DNA of 64,000 nt from the NCBI GenBank assembly GCA_964234715.1, contig OZ174279.1; one strand, 5' to 3'. The position numbers were made by a program, and so were the translations under genes. This DNA is from Podarcis melisellensis. Taxonomy: Eukaryota. Shown here piece by piece: positions 1 through 14,063 of this stretch. Under the pieces are notes generated by a model. That model was given only the letters and a program-made list of their open reading frames with translations. It ran no database searches and was not told the DNA's origin. Each line of letters opens with the position of its first letter. The first letter of the stretch is position 1.

Positions 1-44
1 GTATCATAAGAAAGGAATAAGGACTCTGACAACGTTATGGATTT

Positions 45-917
45 AAAATTAGGCCACAACTTTATTAAACTTCCAAATGTAGGAAGACCTAGGCTTAGGC
101 CTTGGGCATGTATCCCTACCAGCCCCCCAGCTGGGGGAACTGGGGCACATCAGGGTAAATGGGATATGGGGGTGCTCTGAGAGACGTAAGTGTAGGCAGG
201 CAGCCCAGCCCATATCTCCACACACAGAGTAGTTCACTGACAACCTTTCAGTGCATGGCCAGTGACACCCATTATATAACCCCTTTAAGAGGGTACCGTG
301 GAATTGCCACCGCAGGGGATATGAATCACCACTTCATACACACACACACACACCATTATAGGGAAGAAAAGACTAAAGGATTCCACCCAAGGCCATAACA
401 GTTGTGATGAATTGCTGTAGGGAAGACAAAACCTGCCAATGCAGGAAAATTTCTTCCCGGTTCTTCAACAGCGACCAGTCAAAGACCGCAGCAGCACCTG
501 CTAAACAGGAAGGAAAAGTTAACCTGCAAACAAGAAAACATTAAACAAAGGGAGGGTAGGGAGGGTGAATCTCCAGAGCCACTGCCTGGCTGTTGTCAGC
601 TCCACCCCCTATTTATAAATGGGGCTGGCCCCACCTCCCAGCAAGAAGCCTAATTACTGAGGCTGGACGTGAACCTCTAAATCAGCCTTTCTCAACCTGT
701 GGGTCCTCAGATGTTGTTGAACTACAACTCCCATCACCCCTAGCTAGCAAGGCCAGAACTCAGGGATGATGAGAGTTGTAGTCCAACAACATCTGGGGAC
801 CCACAGGTTGAGAACTGCTGCTATAAATAACAACACTGAGAAGCTAGCCAGCCCCCTACTACTATTATGTTCCCTGGGAACTGTAGTCCCACGTGCGATC
901 CCGCAAAGGGCACCCAC
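45..917 (-). mobile_element. Non-coding DIRS/Ngaro-like repeat (interrupted by hAT MITE)
   Basis: Minus strand AATAAAGTTGTGGCC near 52-66 and TATA-like box near 610-619; colinear homology with 42645-43355; ends approximate. Confidence 0.5.
683..820. mobile_element. hAT-type palindromic MITE
   Basis: TIRs cagcctttctcaacctgtgggtcc / ggacccacaggttgagaactgctg; TSD ctctaaat/ctataaat (7/8). Confidence 0.85.
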
Positions 918-1844
918 ATTATGAAATGTGAGTGCTTACTTCATCAGTGTCTGAATGTCTGCAAAAAGGCATACAACTAGTTTAGTTTAATCATCTTCAG
1001 GGAAAAAAATCAATTCAAGATGGCGAGTGTAGGGGGAGTAGGCTTGGAGGCTCCTTGGGGTAAGGAATTTGATATTTTGAGACTGGGCTAAGGTCTCTGC
1101 CCCACGGCAGCAGTGCCCCACCAGTTGACTTTCCCGTCAATATCAAATGCTTTGGGAAAGGTCTTCCCTCAGCTTAGATGTCAATTAGCATAATGAAGCC
1201 CATTTGGAGCAGAGGCTTTGTCCTAGTTATCCCCTTTGTACTGCTGACAAGGAGGAATGTGCTTAGGTGATCCACATCATTCATCTTTCGTTTCCCCGAC
1301 AGGAATTGCATTAAAAAATAATGGAAGAGATAGTGGCAAAAAAACAGGGTAATGTATGGAAGCTTTTCTCGGCCTCAAGATTTACTGCCCAGTTATAAAC
1401 TTATAAAAAGTTTATGATAGGGGAATATTTAGCACATCGCCAATCCGAAGTCCTGATAAGAGCCTCACCTTTAGACACAAGACAGTTACCTGTCATGGGG
1501 AAACAGCTGTAAATTACCCTGGATAAAAAGCCACTGTGAAGCGTGAAATCAATTGAGTACTGCAGCATTCTGGGCCTTTCTTACTTAATGGCCAATGCCT
1601 TGCAGAGGACATTCTGTACATAAATGGACAAAGAGGCAAATGTCTTTTTTCTTCCCCAGGAAATGACAAGGAGGAGATTGCTTTATTTAAGGAGGAAGAT
1701 GGTTTTGTGCTGGAGCACACTGCTGCCTCTCGCCAATAGGTGAAAGTGTAACCGTGCTCTTCCCTTCCCATCAATAATTTGGTAAAAGAGACGTGGCGCA
1801 CAAGCAGCTCAGCCACCAGGCAACTGTTAACAGGGCATCTGAAA

Positions 1845-1845
<1 letters not shown>

Positions 1846-1909
<64 letters not shown>
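1846..1909. repeat. Compound (TTA)n(ACA)n microsatellite
   Basis: Directly visible. Confidence 0.95.
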
Positions 1910-2224
1910 TATTTAGGCCTTGAATGTGATACCTCTCTTTTGAATTTTCTGTATAAAATGCCTGAAATATTGTGCATCAGTTTATTCACATTTAAATCAT
2001 ACATTTACTTAGTAATTCTACAGCTATTTGCAATGGTTCATGCTATGTATTAAAATATTTACTGCTGCTTATTTGATATATTGTGTATTGCTTTGGCAAA
2101 GTGGCATACAAATGAATGAATGAGATAAAAATGTGCATATTTGTATGTAACATTATGTCTGACTGCACGAGTGAGATCAGAGGTAATGGAGAAGTAATTG
2201 CTGCTAGATGACATCAGTATTATT

Positions 2225-2351
2225 ATCTGAAGGCAGCCCTGTTTAGGGAAACCTTTAAAGTTTGATGCATTATTGTATTTGAATATTTTGTTGGGAGCCA
2301 CCCAGAGTGGCTGGGGAAGCCCAGCCAGATGGGTGGGGTATAAATAATAAA

Positions 2352-2386
<35 letters not shown>
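2225..2386 (+). mobile_element. L2 LINE 3' end with (ATT)n tail
   Basis: Matches the 3' terminus of the other L2 copies (cccagagtggctggggaa...ggggtataaat). Confidence 0.8.
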
Positions 2387-2387
<1 letters not shown>

Positions 2388-4334
2388 CTCGACCATTCAC
2401 AAGGGGGATGGTTTGTGCAGCCAAATGCAACTTTGACCCATAGACTGCTTTTTGGGAAACAGCCTGGTCTGCAAGAACACAAAAGTTGGCCATCCCTGCT
2501 GTAAATAAATAATTTTAAAAAACCACTTTCTTCATGTATCTTGGTAATGAACGACAGGAACATTTGCTTAAGGAAGAAACAGGTGTGTGGAAATAAAACC
2601 ACTTGCCTTTGAAACAGAGGTGGGGAACTGCAAGCCTCTGCAATGGCCTCTCAGGACTCAATCTAGACCACACCCCTCCCTCAGCCACACCTTCTCTCAG
2701 CTGCCAAAATGAAATATAGTGCTTGGGACAAAGAATCATACAGCATGGAACAAAGCCATTCCCAGAGAAAGTAAATGTCATTGGAGAGCTAAAACACCAA
2801 CTGAGATGCTTTCTGGAGCAGGTTGAACTATCTGAATCAATATTTGCAAGACATCTCAATGGAAGCAGAGCCCGTAAATCTATTACTGCAAAATCTTCAC
2901 AGTCTTGGAATCTTGACCAGGAGGCTACGTTTATAGAATTGTGAGAAGAAACCCAGGCCTGTTTATGTTAACAGAATTGGGAGAAGAAACCCAGGCCTAG
3001 AGGAGAATTTTCATTCCCAAGTGGTTGAACCCGAAGAAATTTATTGATCAGATTACCAAACTGAGAAAGGATTCTGAACATTTATAACTGGCATGGTTCC
3101 TGGGAAGAACTACCTCAGTTCGAGGCAGGAGAGATATTTTATATCAAACTTGTTGAAGAAAATGCAGGGCAAACTTCAGCTACTGCACAAGTTAAAATGA
3201 AACACCCAGATCATATTCTGTTGAGACTTAGCAAAAACTGGCAATATCTTCTTCATATCTCTCAAAAGGTATAATCACAAAATCTAGAAGTAGTATCTAA
3301 AAACCCAGCTTCATCTTCGGAGTCTGCTCAGGCTATCATGTAAGTTGGATTGTCTCGCTCACTCTGGTTGAGTAATTTGAAACCCTTCAAGATTTAGAGA
3401 TGAGAGACTCAATACTCGAACTGCCATATTTTCCAACAGTACCGATTTAATTTTTGTTTCTTTAAATCAGAGGGGGAGAGATACTGTCACCATAAAGTTT
3501 AGTAACTAGATGGTGCTAAACTTATCTGGGTGGAGTCCGGAATGTCATATTACCATCCTGGTTTTCTTCAGGCGAGATCATGGAGTCCTTATCTGCTTTT
3601 TTGACTGGTGTGTCCTCTAAGCCTTCCATGGCAATATGTAAATGAATCCTGCACTTGTCCACTTGTCTCCGTGGTGACTAAACTGTGTTTATTACAGGCA
3701 GAAAAAGTATGGAAGAGATCCAGCTCTGTTCTGATTTTTTCTTAATGCACCAATTTATTTGTTGACCAGACAGCAGACAAAAATATGATCTTCACCCTGC
3801 TTTGCTTCAATCTTCTTTGCTACAAACAAGGGGGATTGACCTCCCCTCTCTCTCTTTGAGCCCTAAAAGGTCTCATCAGCCTACTGCAAGGCAGCTCACA
3901 TGTTTATAAATTTCTATTCGAAAGAGTCATAGGCAGACAGTCAGGGAATCAAGACAGACAAGAGCACAGACAACTTAATTCCCCCAGGATATTCAGAGTG
4001 CAAGATGAATTCAGAAAGGGCTTTATTTAGCTATGGCGTGTGTTTCCCCTCCCCGCTTTCCCAGTGCTGAAAGGCTGTTGTGTTCCTTGTCTCTTTAGAA
4101 GCCTTCAGGTACACATATAGATTCAAAGGCATTTACTGAATATGATATCATAGCAAAAAGCCCAATCTCTGTTGTGGACAAGCGCATGTTTATGCCATGA
4201 AAACATTTGCCCTGCAGACCTGAACTTTCAACCACCTTCCTCCTCCTTCCGTTTTTCTTAACAATGTAGTAGATCAATGAAATGAAGACATTCTTTCAGG
4301 GTTTTCGAGATTGAAACTGAAATATTGTCTAAAG

Positions 4335-4655
4335 CAGGGGTAGGCAACTTAACGCCCATGGGCCGGATGCGGCCCAATTGCCTTCTCAATCCGGCCCATG
4401 GACGGTCCGGGAATCAGTGTGTTTTACATGAGTAGAATGTGTCCCTTTATTTAAAATGCATCTCTCAGTTATTTGTGGGGCCTGCCTGGTACTTTTACAT
4501 GAGTAGAATATGTGTTTTTATTTAAAATGCATCTCTGGGTTATTTGTGGGGCATAGGAATTTGTTCATTATTTTTTTCCAAAATATAGTCCGGTCCACCA
4601 CATGGTCTGAGGGACGGTGGACTGGCCCATGGCTGAAAAAGGTTGATGACCCCTG
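4335..4655. mobile_element. hAT (Charlie-like) MITE
   Basis: caggggtaggcaac...gttgatgacccctg; perfect 8-bp TSD gtctaaag; internal ~70-bp duplication. Confidence 0.9.
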
Positions 4656-5919
4656 GTCTAAAGGATATTGCATGAGTCCAGATGGTACATTTCTTGGCAT
4701 TGTTTACCACGAATGGTTTGCTCATGCCAGGGCCAAACTGTCTTTGACTAGAAATGGGAGTCTGTTACCACATGTGAAGTCCTGTAGGGAGGAAGAGCAG
4801 TCAAGTCCAACATCTCCTGTTTGCTAGAACGCACAGAGGAATGAGGCTCCAGACAGGAAGGACTTCCTGTCAAACCTTTGGAAGCCACCTCCCTCTGCAT
4901 GTGACCAGGTAGATGGGCATGGCCCACATGAAAGGGCTGGTCATCTAGCTATCTCTCTCTTGATCTCTTTGCACTTTGATTCTCTTGTCTCCTGCCTTCT
5001 CATCCATAACAATGGATGTAGGCCCATGTTGAGTGCTCTATGCTCACTAACGTGATTAAGGAAGGACAATATCTAACTAAAATATCATCTCCTGCCTTCA
5101 TAAATATTCCTACAAAGGCTTCCCAAAATTGGTTTAATATTATAAAGGAGAAACTACAAGCTGGGATCATGTGGGTGCTAGGGAAAAAATTGAATGTATA
5201 AGGAGCATTTGTCGCACGACAAATGCCCTTCAAGAAGCACCTTGCATACAACTTCTTTGTATATTCAAAGGGAAGGGGAAGTGGGAATGGTGTTTAAATA
5301 ATCAGTGTTTCTCAGAGAATTTCCACAGACCCTCATCTCTGGGTATGTGTAGAACTAGGGCCATAGATCTCAAAATTGAGCAATTATGTTCTTGTACAGA
5401 GAGATCCCTGTGGGGGGTGTTGTTGTTGCTTAAACTCAATTGCCTTTCTAAGGTCTCCCTTCACCTTTGCATTTTGAACCGGGATTGGATCAATATCCTT
5501 TGCTGCAATAATTGAGGGAATTGACAAAACAGGAGGCATTACTTAACTGTTCTAATCCTAATGGCTTCTAACTTCATTAGGCACTGCCAGTACAGGTCAT
5601 AAAATCTCCGACACAGAGAGCCAATCCAAAGTGCTAAAGTAAGTTGGAAGAGGGGGGAAATGTCGCACAATGGAAGAGACTCAACATGAAATCAATCTGG
5701 TTTTCTCCAAACGATTTAATAGCCTTTGGCGTCAGCCAATTTCCCAGAAGGCAGAGGAGTATAGAAGGTTTTCAACCTTCATCATATTTCAATGCACTTT
5801 ATAGTTTTATTTCTGAAGCCACCATATCTTACCAAGTACAGAAAGACAAAGGTCCTAGATGCATTATATAAGCAATTGAGCTTGGACTAGATATGGGAGA
5901 CACATGTTTTAGGAATTTA

Positions 5920-6228
5920 GGAAACTGATTTAAACTGAGGCAGACCATTGGTCCGTCTAGATCACTTTCTGTCTACACGAGAGATGTGGAACCTGTGGGT
6001 CTCCTATGCTCTTCAACAGCAACTCCCATCATCCATGACCACTGGTCTTTCTGGCTGATGCTGATGGGAGTTGAACAACAGGTCCCATCCATAGGTCCAC
6101 ACTGAATGGAGTGGCTCTCCAGCATTATAAACTCAAGTTTCTCATAACTTTAGCTGGAGATAACAGGGACTCCATGAGACCTTATCCATGAACAGTCAGT
6201 TCTCTACCACTGAGATACAGCTCTTCAC
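5920..6228 (-). mobile_element. Degenerate Squam2-like SINE with nested hAT MITE (5979-6094)
   Basis: SINE halves flank the MITE; TSD gtctacac/gtccacac. Confidence 0.6.
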
Positions 6229-6763
6229 AACTGAAGAACCAGATGACAAGTTTCTTTTTTTTAAAAAAAAAAGCAAAACAAAATCTGAAATTATTCCAGG
6301 AATTGGTCCAGCAAGAGAGGTGCATACAAATAAGTGGGCTTCTGTGAGTTTTGCAAAATACCCACATAAAGATTGTGATGTTCTACCAAGCCCTACTGAA
6401 CTATTTGGATGTGTCTTTTGATAAATAATAGGGATAATGATGCACTTCTTGAGTCACCAGTTATTATTTGTGATCAGTTGCCTATGCCTACCTCTGGCTC
6501 AGGGCCACTATTTATAAGATAACCAGAAGATACTTTCATTCTGTTTTGCTGGGATGGGTTATATTGATTCAGGACCCTTGATTTTTCTCTTGAACCTTTT
6601 CTGCAGATGGTGTGCTGTGCAGTGTGCACATATTTGAATATGGAATGAGATGGCAGAGCTTTAATGTGATAGGTCCACTTTAATGCATATATCAGGGTCT
6701 TTTGTGTAGGAAGAAAAGTACAGCATCTTATAAACACACCAATGCACTAAATAGCTTTGCTTC

Positions 6764-6889
6764 TAGTAGTTGAACGGGATCACAAGGGTCATCTAGTCCT
6801 GTAATGCAGGAATCTTTTGCCCAATGTGGGGCTCAAACCCACAGTCCTGACATCAAGAGTCTCGTGCTCTACCAACTGAGCTATCCAGC
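6764..6889 (-). mobile_element. tRNA-Lys-derived SINE with CR1-like tail
   Basis: Reverse complement begins gctggatagctcagttggtagagcacgagactcttga; homologous to 45718-45863. Confidence 0.75.
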
Positions 6890-7530
6890 ACGTTAATTTT
6901 CTGGCTTATGTACCCTACAATTAGTACCTAGCTGTGGGCAGGTTCTGTGATGGAATTTGGAATAGGAAGTTATAGTTTTGGTCACACAGGTGAAAAAACA
7001 AACAAACAGATGACTGAGTGATCTTCTGATACAGCAAAATGTTCCATTGTTATTGTGTACTTCATTACAGTTAAAGTTTTCTTCCACAGAAACATCTGCA
7101 GGAAAGGGATTGATGTGCCCCCCCCCCTTTGGGGAGATATGCAGGTTGATTTCTGAATGGAAATGTATGAAAAGGGTTTTGTGCAATTTACGCCTCTGCT
7201 ACAATCTTGGCTTGCTGCTCCTTTTTAATAGAGCTTTGGTTTTATAGGGCAGGGATGAAGAGAGAAGGTAGATTAGCATCTACTTGTAAACCTCTGGGTG
7301 ATTTGCTGAAGAATGGCAAGGATTTCTGACTCCTGATTGTTGCAGAAGAACAACAATAAAGTGATGCTCCCTCTGAAACTAGTCTGCTGAAATGAAGAAA
7401 GCCTGTGGTAATAAGTAGGTATAGATTTGTATATGGAAAGAAAGTGAGCTCAGCTCAGTTCTGCTCGGAACATAGAGAGAGCTGAGCTGGATCATTGGCA
7501 GACCTGGGGCGCTCAAATTTCAGCAAGTGT

Positions 7531-7531
7531 A

Positions 7532-7585
<54 letters not shown>

Positions 7586-7891
7586 TATACCCCGCCCATC
7601 TGGCTGGGCTTCTGGGTGGCTTCCAACAAAATATTAAAATACAGTAATGCATCAAACGTTAAAAGCTTCCCTAAACAGGGCTTCCTTCAGATGTCTTCTA
7701 AAAGTCTGGTAGTTGTTGTTCTCTTTGACATCTGGTGGGAGGGTGTTCCACAGGGTGGGTGCCACTACTGAGAAGGCCCTCTGCCTGGTTCCCTGTAACT
7801 TGGCTTCTCGCAGTGAGGGAACCACCAGAAGGCCCTCAGGGCTGGACTTTGGTGTCTGGGTAGAATGATGCGGGTGGAGACCCTCCTTCAG
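7531..7891 (-). mobile_element. L2 LINE 3' fragment with (AAT)n tail
   Basis: Closely similar to the 63538-64000 L2 copy. Confidence 0.9.
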
Positions 7892-7895
7892 ATAG

Positions 7896-8462
7896 TGTTA
7901 AAAGCTAATGAAGCCAGGCTAAATTCCTGGTGAGGGTATAACCTGAGGGATGGACCATTAAGAAGAACAAAGCTTCAAGGGACTCTGTTAGAGATGGCAA
8001 ATTGATGCGGCCAGTCGCTCCCTCAACAAATAAAGCCAAAACTAAAACAGATTAGATTTAGAGTTGCTGTGATGTGAACTAGAGGTAGGAACAGTGCTTT
8101 TTTCGGGGGGGGGGACACAGGGTGATGCATTCCCCTAACCATTTTGTGAATCTAAGTTTGAGAGTACCCCTAAACATTATATATATTTTTAGAAAAGAAG
8201 CATTGGGTAGGAGTTATGTGGCAGAGAAGCAAAGGCAACTGGCAGAGCATGAAGTTGAATCTCTGCTTGGATCCTAGGCTGTGATTATGCGGTGAACCCC
8301 TCCCTCCTAGGCTCAGGTAGGATATATGTGTAAATAAACTATATGGCATAAAGACACCACAGTCCCCACTGTGCCTCATTTTCCAAAAGGAAACACAGAT
8401 GCTGGGTAAGCCACCAGGAACCCATGGAATCTCCGCTCAGAAACTGTGGATGGCATACAACA
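7896..8462 (+). mobile_element. Putative solo LTR
   Basis: TGTT...AACA termini, AATAAA at ~8333, imperfect flank atag/atat. Confidence 0.5.
8092..8205. mobile_element. hAT MITE nested in putative LTR
   Basis: cagtgctttt...aagaagcattg; TSD ggtaggaa/ggtaggag; related to 12512-12665. Confidence 0.8.
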
Positions 8463-11400
8463 ATATGGTTGAGAACCAAATACTGGGGACATACAATGGG
8501 AATGGGATGTCATTTTCAAGACCTACATGAAGTCTTCCTGAAAGCAGCTGGTTGGGCTCTTTTGAAAATAGGATGCTTCCTCCTGCTGCACCCTCATTAT
8601 GGTCCTACAAGACCCTTCATTTTATTTTTAATTACTTGGATGAAGGGTGAACATAAGAAACTACATTAAATCAAGTCGGATAATTGATCCATCTCACTCA
8701 GTAATGTCTACACTAAGTGGCTCTTTGGGGTTTTAGACAGGGTTGCACCCATTGAAGTTCCATTCGTGTAACCCCACTTGGCCCTCCTCTGCTCTCCCTG
8801 CACGCCACCACCCCAGTCTGCTCTGGAGAGTCCCCCAACCCCCTGGAACAGTTTTTGAGGGTACATGGTGGAGGCTGCAGTGGAGAGGAGAGGGAAATTC
8901 CATTGTACAAGTGGAAATCTGATGCACAAGCAGGACATCAGCATTGGAATACTACCCAGGAGCCTTTTCCAGCCATACCTGTGTATTCCGGTGATTGAAC
9001 TGGGACCTTTTACATGCAAAGGAGCCGTAATACACATTGTCTTCCACGATGTAATGGCCCTTCCCCAAAGCTAGGAAGCTGGGATAGAAGTGTAACATAC
9101 AAATAAATTGGGAACCTGAAAACAATTTATCTAAGAAACATAAGAAGATGGAGGAAAAGCAATCTAACACTTTACAAAGCGGAGGCAGGTTGGAGGATTG
9201 TTTGGTTGTAAATAGGAAATGGAGTTCTCTTATTGCTGCAGCACGCTGGACAGCAGCTTAGAAAGAGAAATAATGCCTGCAAAGGGGGGGGGGAGGGAAT
9301 TCTCAAGCTGGAATGTGACAAGAGCAAAACAGCAGATGTTTCCCGCTGAGAATCTCTGTGGGGTGTCTTAGTTGGTGTACACCATCAGCTGTGCGGAAGC
9401 AGAAAGGCCAAGCAAAATGATGCAAAATTACCAAAATCCACAGTGTGAGATGGACACAGATCACAACAAAACATCTGAAGGAGAGCCTGTAAAATTCAGG
9501 GGGGAGACCACACGCTCAAATTATGCTATGGAATTTGCCAGAAGCTTTGAATCAGTGAAGATACCCTGTGTGTTCCCTTGACAGACAGACAGAAACTACA
9601 AAATGTTAGCAGAACCACTTGGCTACAAGTTTCTCCTTTAAGAGGAGAAGCACACACACTAATCTCACTTCCTAAAATGAGCATTCCACATTGTGCTTGT
9701 CTATTAAGAAATGTGTTGGAATCACAATCTTCCGCAGGAAGCTAGTTGCATGTTGGTTTGTTGCTGTTTTCCCCGTGATACGGCCTTTGCATTGTAATAC
9801 TGTGCTAAGCTCTGCTCCCGTTCTGGCTCAGCATATGAATTGCCATGGGACTCCGTGTATATTAAAATCTCCCTGGCTATGTTACTCTTCTGTCTCTGAG
9901 CCTAATCACAAACAGCAAGCTGAAGATATATTAATCTCTTGGTTCCATTTTTTATAGCTGAACCAGACATTCTGCAGCAGATAGGCTCTTCAGTCTCCAG
10001 AGGCCACTTGCAAAGTGATGGCGGTGGGGGGGGGGAGGACATTATTTTGGAGGGGAGATGTGGTTGGCAGGGAAGAAGAAACTTAACCCTTCGTATCTCA
10101 CTACGTTCTTCCTAAAACTCTCCCCTTCACCTGCTTTTGTCCTGTAAAAAATGCAGAGAGAAACTTAGGGTGCTTTGAGGTTGTCACTATTTTGGAGGTG
10201 GGATTTAATCACATCTTGGCAAATGCAGCTTGCATGATTAAAGCTGATTTGGAGTCCCCCCCCAAAAAAAAATTGTCCTTTTTCCTATGAGGAAAGTGAC
10301 CAGAAAATGCATTGGAAAGTTGCTTGGGTGCAACTTCGTCTCATCTCCTAACAAACAGATCGGTGTGAATGCTGATTCAAGAACCAACATTGTCTAATCT
10401 CTCCACAGACCCATCAGACTGAATGCTCACCTGAAACTGACCTTGTGAATCTTTAAACTTTCTTCCGAATCCTTACAAGTGTTTCACCTGAACTGGACCT
10501 TTCAAATACATGTTATTTGAAGTTCAGTGGCAATTCTAGAAACCCTAAAAGCATTTAATAGACTGGTTACAGAACAATGCACGAAACTGCCTTCACCTTC
10601 TTGTATCTGAAATCTGCTTGACATTTTCTATTCTCTCATGGAAACTTATTATACTATTATGCGCTTATACCTTTTAACCCGTTCATCTCTGCAAAAGGGT
10701 ATCAAGGTTTTCTTTGTGGTCACTTTCCTCTCACTAAAACCTAGTTCATCCAACTTTAAAACAAGTGTTCTCTGTTTGCAAGCATCTTTGTATTCAGTCA
10801 TGAAGCACAGGCTACACTGCAGTTTACAGGAGTATGTAAAATATTGGCTTTTTCCTGAGGAAGCAAGGGATCTCAGTTGTTATAATCCCTGTGCTCTGTC
10901 GAAGTCTTTAAAACAGGCGCAGCAATTGTGCACATAACACTTTACTTGGCAACCACGTTACAATGAAAGCCCTGGTAACAATGCTTCCATTAATAAATAC
11001 ATGGCTGCATGATGAAACCCTGCTTATAATACCTATGATTTTTTAAAAGGGATATGTACTTCTACAGTAGAACATTTTCTGACTTTTCCTGAAGTGGATT
11101 TCTTTTCTCCAAGAAACTTTGAATGACAGCTCAGCTAGGGAGACTCTGGACATCTATGGTTTTCCCACTCCCCAAAATGAAAGCCATATATTTGCTCTTT
11201 TGTGGATAAGCATTCAAAACAGGCTGAAGGTTTGTGAACACTACCATTGAACCTGTAGAGGGAAAGGGGAGTGGCTTAATAGCACAAGCTGCTGTATACT
11301 TAAGCTTGTTGTGTCTGTCTTGTGCAACAATGAGCCAAATCTAGATTCATGTATACTGCTTTCTCTGCTTTAGACTAGGGAATGAGCAAGCTATTCAGCC

Positions 11401-11495
11401 AATTAGCATGTGATGAAAAAACAGTCTTACAGATTTGTATTGGTGGTTGCTTCTCCTCATGAATGGGGAACATGATGTGCAATTGTGGGTAATAA

Positions 11496-11812
11496 TCTTC
11501 TTCTTCTTCTTCTGCTTCTGCTTCTGCTTCTTCTTCTTCTTCTTCTTCGATCACTCATAGCCGAGTAAGATTGTCTTCCATAAACACGGTTTTAACAATG
11601 AGTCAGTAAGTGACTGTGGAGGCCAATTCTGGATCCATGCATACTTCCACAGTGGGGACATTGGTTTCTGGGCAGGAGTTGAGCACAGTGTGGATTTGCC
11701 AAGCGTGCCTTCCTCTTAGCACGTTTCTCCCTTACATCCTGAATTTGAGTGTCTTCAAAGCCCATGACACCTTTGGTAAAGGCTGTTCTCCGAATGGAGC
11801 ACTCGCAGGCCA
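11496..11812 (-). mobile_element. RTE-clade LINE 3' end with (AAG)n tail
   Basis: ORF 11592-11891 ends in CPHC...HSHLLTHC zinc-finger-like tail; second copy at 34105-34418. Confidence 0.8.
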
Positions 11813-12511
11813 GGGGTAGGGTTCTCCAAGGATGGTGGGGTAGAGGCTCACCTAATGGAGTACCTTTCAAAAATATTGGCCCACAGGACAATAAAAATGG
11901 CTATTTTAAGCCAGGGTATATATGGGAAGCATCTTGAAAGTGTGAACCTATCAACTTCAACCTGTAAATAAAAATATGGACTGGATTAACTACCTACAAT
12001 TCATTACTGAGTCTGAGCCTCAGATTCACATTGTTTTACCCCATAGATGCTTACTAGAATTCCAAAGTTCACTACTGAGAAATAAACTTGAAAATGAAAA
12101 GACAGAAATTGACATGTAGTTGCTGAGTAAGAAGGTACATTAAAAGGAGTTCTAATCTAGTGCTTTTCTTTTCCTATGGTTTCTCTCTTCCATCTCTTTA
12201 CCCTGCAGTCTGAAGTTGTACAGTCCAGCAAGAGCTGATGATATAGGAGGGCTCTGGTCTGAAGCCACTTTATTGCCCAAATGTCTATGCTTCATGAATT
12301 GTAGTCACTGTTAGTTTTATTCAGAGTAGACCCATTGAAATTACTAACTTAATGAAATTACTAACTTGGGTCTGTTTAATTCAATTGATCCAATACAGAC
12401 TAAAACTTAGTCGTGTACATCCCCAATGCCACCATAGGGATGGAGGAGAGTTTTGTTATTTAAACAAACTGAGCTAATTCACAGCCCCCAAACAAAGTAC
12501 ATAGATCAGAG

Positions 12512-12665
12512 CAGTGCTTTTTTTCCTAAAAAAACCCCCAACATTTAGGGGTACTCACATTTTCCTACTCGTATTGAAATACTGCCCCTCACTGAGACCA
12601 AACTTAGATTCACAAAATGTTTAGATGTATGCGTCCCCCTGCGTCCCCTCAGGAAAAAAGCACTG
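12512..12665. mobile_element. hAT MITE
   Basis: TIRs cagtgctttttt/aaaaaagcactg; perfect TSD gatcagag. Confidence 0.9.
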
Positions 12666-14063
12666 GATCAGAGCATATCTCAATATTTTGCAGCACTGTA
12701 CCAAAATGCAGTTAAAATACATTTAGAAATGCATACATTGGGATAATATATCAAATAAGTATTTAGTGATATAGTATTTGTATATTGTAATCCGCATTTA
12801 AACATGGTTTGCATATTTTTTTTATTAAAGAAAAACCAAATTAACGCCAAAACCAAATGAAATGGACTTATGAAGAAGCACATGAGAATCTGAGATGGGT
12901 CAGAAATAGACCAATCCGCTTATCCTTATTCCCTTCAATAAGGCACCATGGTTTTGATTTTGCCAAGAGTTTGGTCGCCTTAGCACATGTCATTGGCTCC
13001 CACCTCTGCTCAGGTATCTCTCAGGTTCTGAAGTTAAGTGGCACAGGATAAACCTCCTGAAATTAAACATTTAGAGATAATTAAGAAATGGGTGGTGTGA
13101 GAAGCGATGATGCCACTAGGTGATAGAGAATTCACATTCATCTGAGCTCATTAAGATCCATAATTGTACAAATTTACAAATTAAGTGCATTTGCATTAGG
13201 TTTGTATAAAGGTGGAGCTGGGCTTTCAGTGATAAAAAAATATACTAACCGAGCTCCAGAACATGTCAGTGACACTTAAATACTGTCCGTTTATATATTT
13301 CTTTTTCTTTTTTTTTAAGGTGAATTGAAGAAAAAAAATGCACCCTACATTGGATTTGAATTTACATTGAGCGGAACCAATTACATCAAATCTTGCCCTC
13401 CAAAGTATTCCTCCAGGGTTTCCGTGTTTCATTTGCAGAGTAAATTAAATCCATTGTTCCAAGATGAGCCACTTGTTAGGCTTTCCAGAGTAGCCTCTTG
13501 GGTGAAAGTTGGAAACAGTCACATTTAAATAAGTTGTTTGGTGATCATATTTGCATAGTAATCTAAATCATTTCCTTTCTTCTCCTTTCAGAATAAAATT
13601 CCCAGCCTTCCTACATTCTCTACAAGGTCATCAGAAGCCATCAAAAGAACTGCAATGATTTATATTAGAGGAACAACATTTTATTTATTTTAATAGTTAC
13701 TTCATGCAATAGCATCTGCAGCCAAATTCCAGAACTTAATTAGAATCTATGGGCAAAATCTTGGGTCCATTCCCATGGATTTGGGCTTCTGGGGGTATAT
13801 AACAGACTCCATTATGAGTCTTGAAAACATCTCCCACACTGGACCACCATACGTTAGTATTGCGTTATGATAGGAAGGAGGAGGATATGTGGGTGATGTG
13901 CGTATTTAATGAGTAAAATTCTTCCTATTTAATTGCAGTGATGAAAAAGAGCCCTGGCAGCAGGTACCTAACCACAAGCTACCACTTTAAATTTCACACG
14001 ATACCTCAAGCATGCTCTTGGTAATGGTGGAAGGTTTAAAATGGTGGCTTCATTCTGGCCAAC

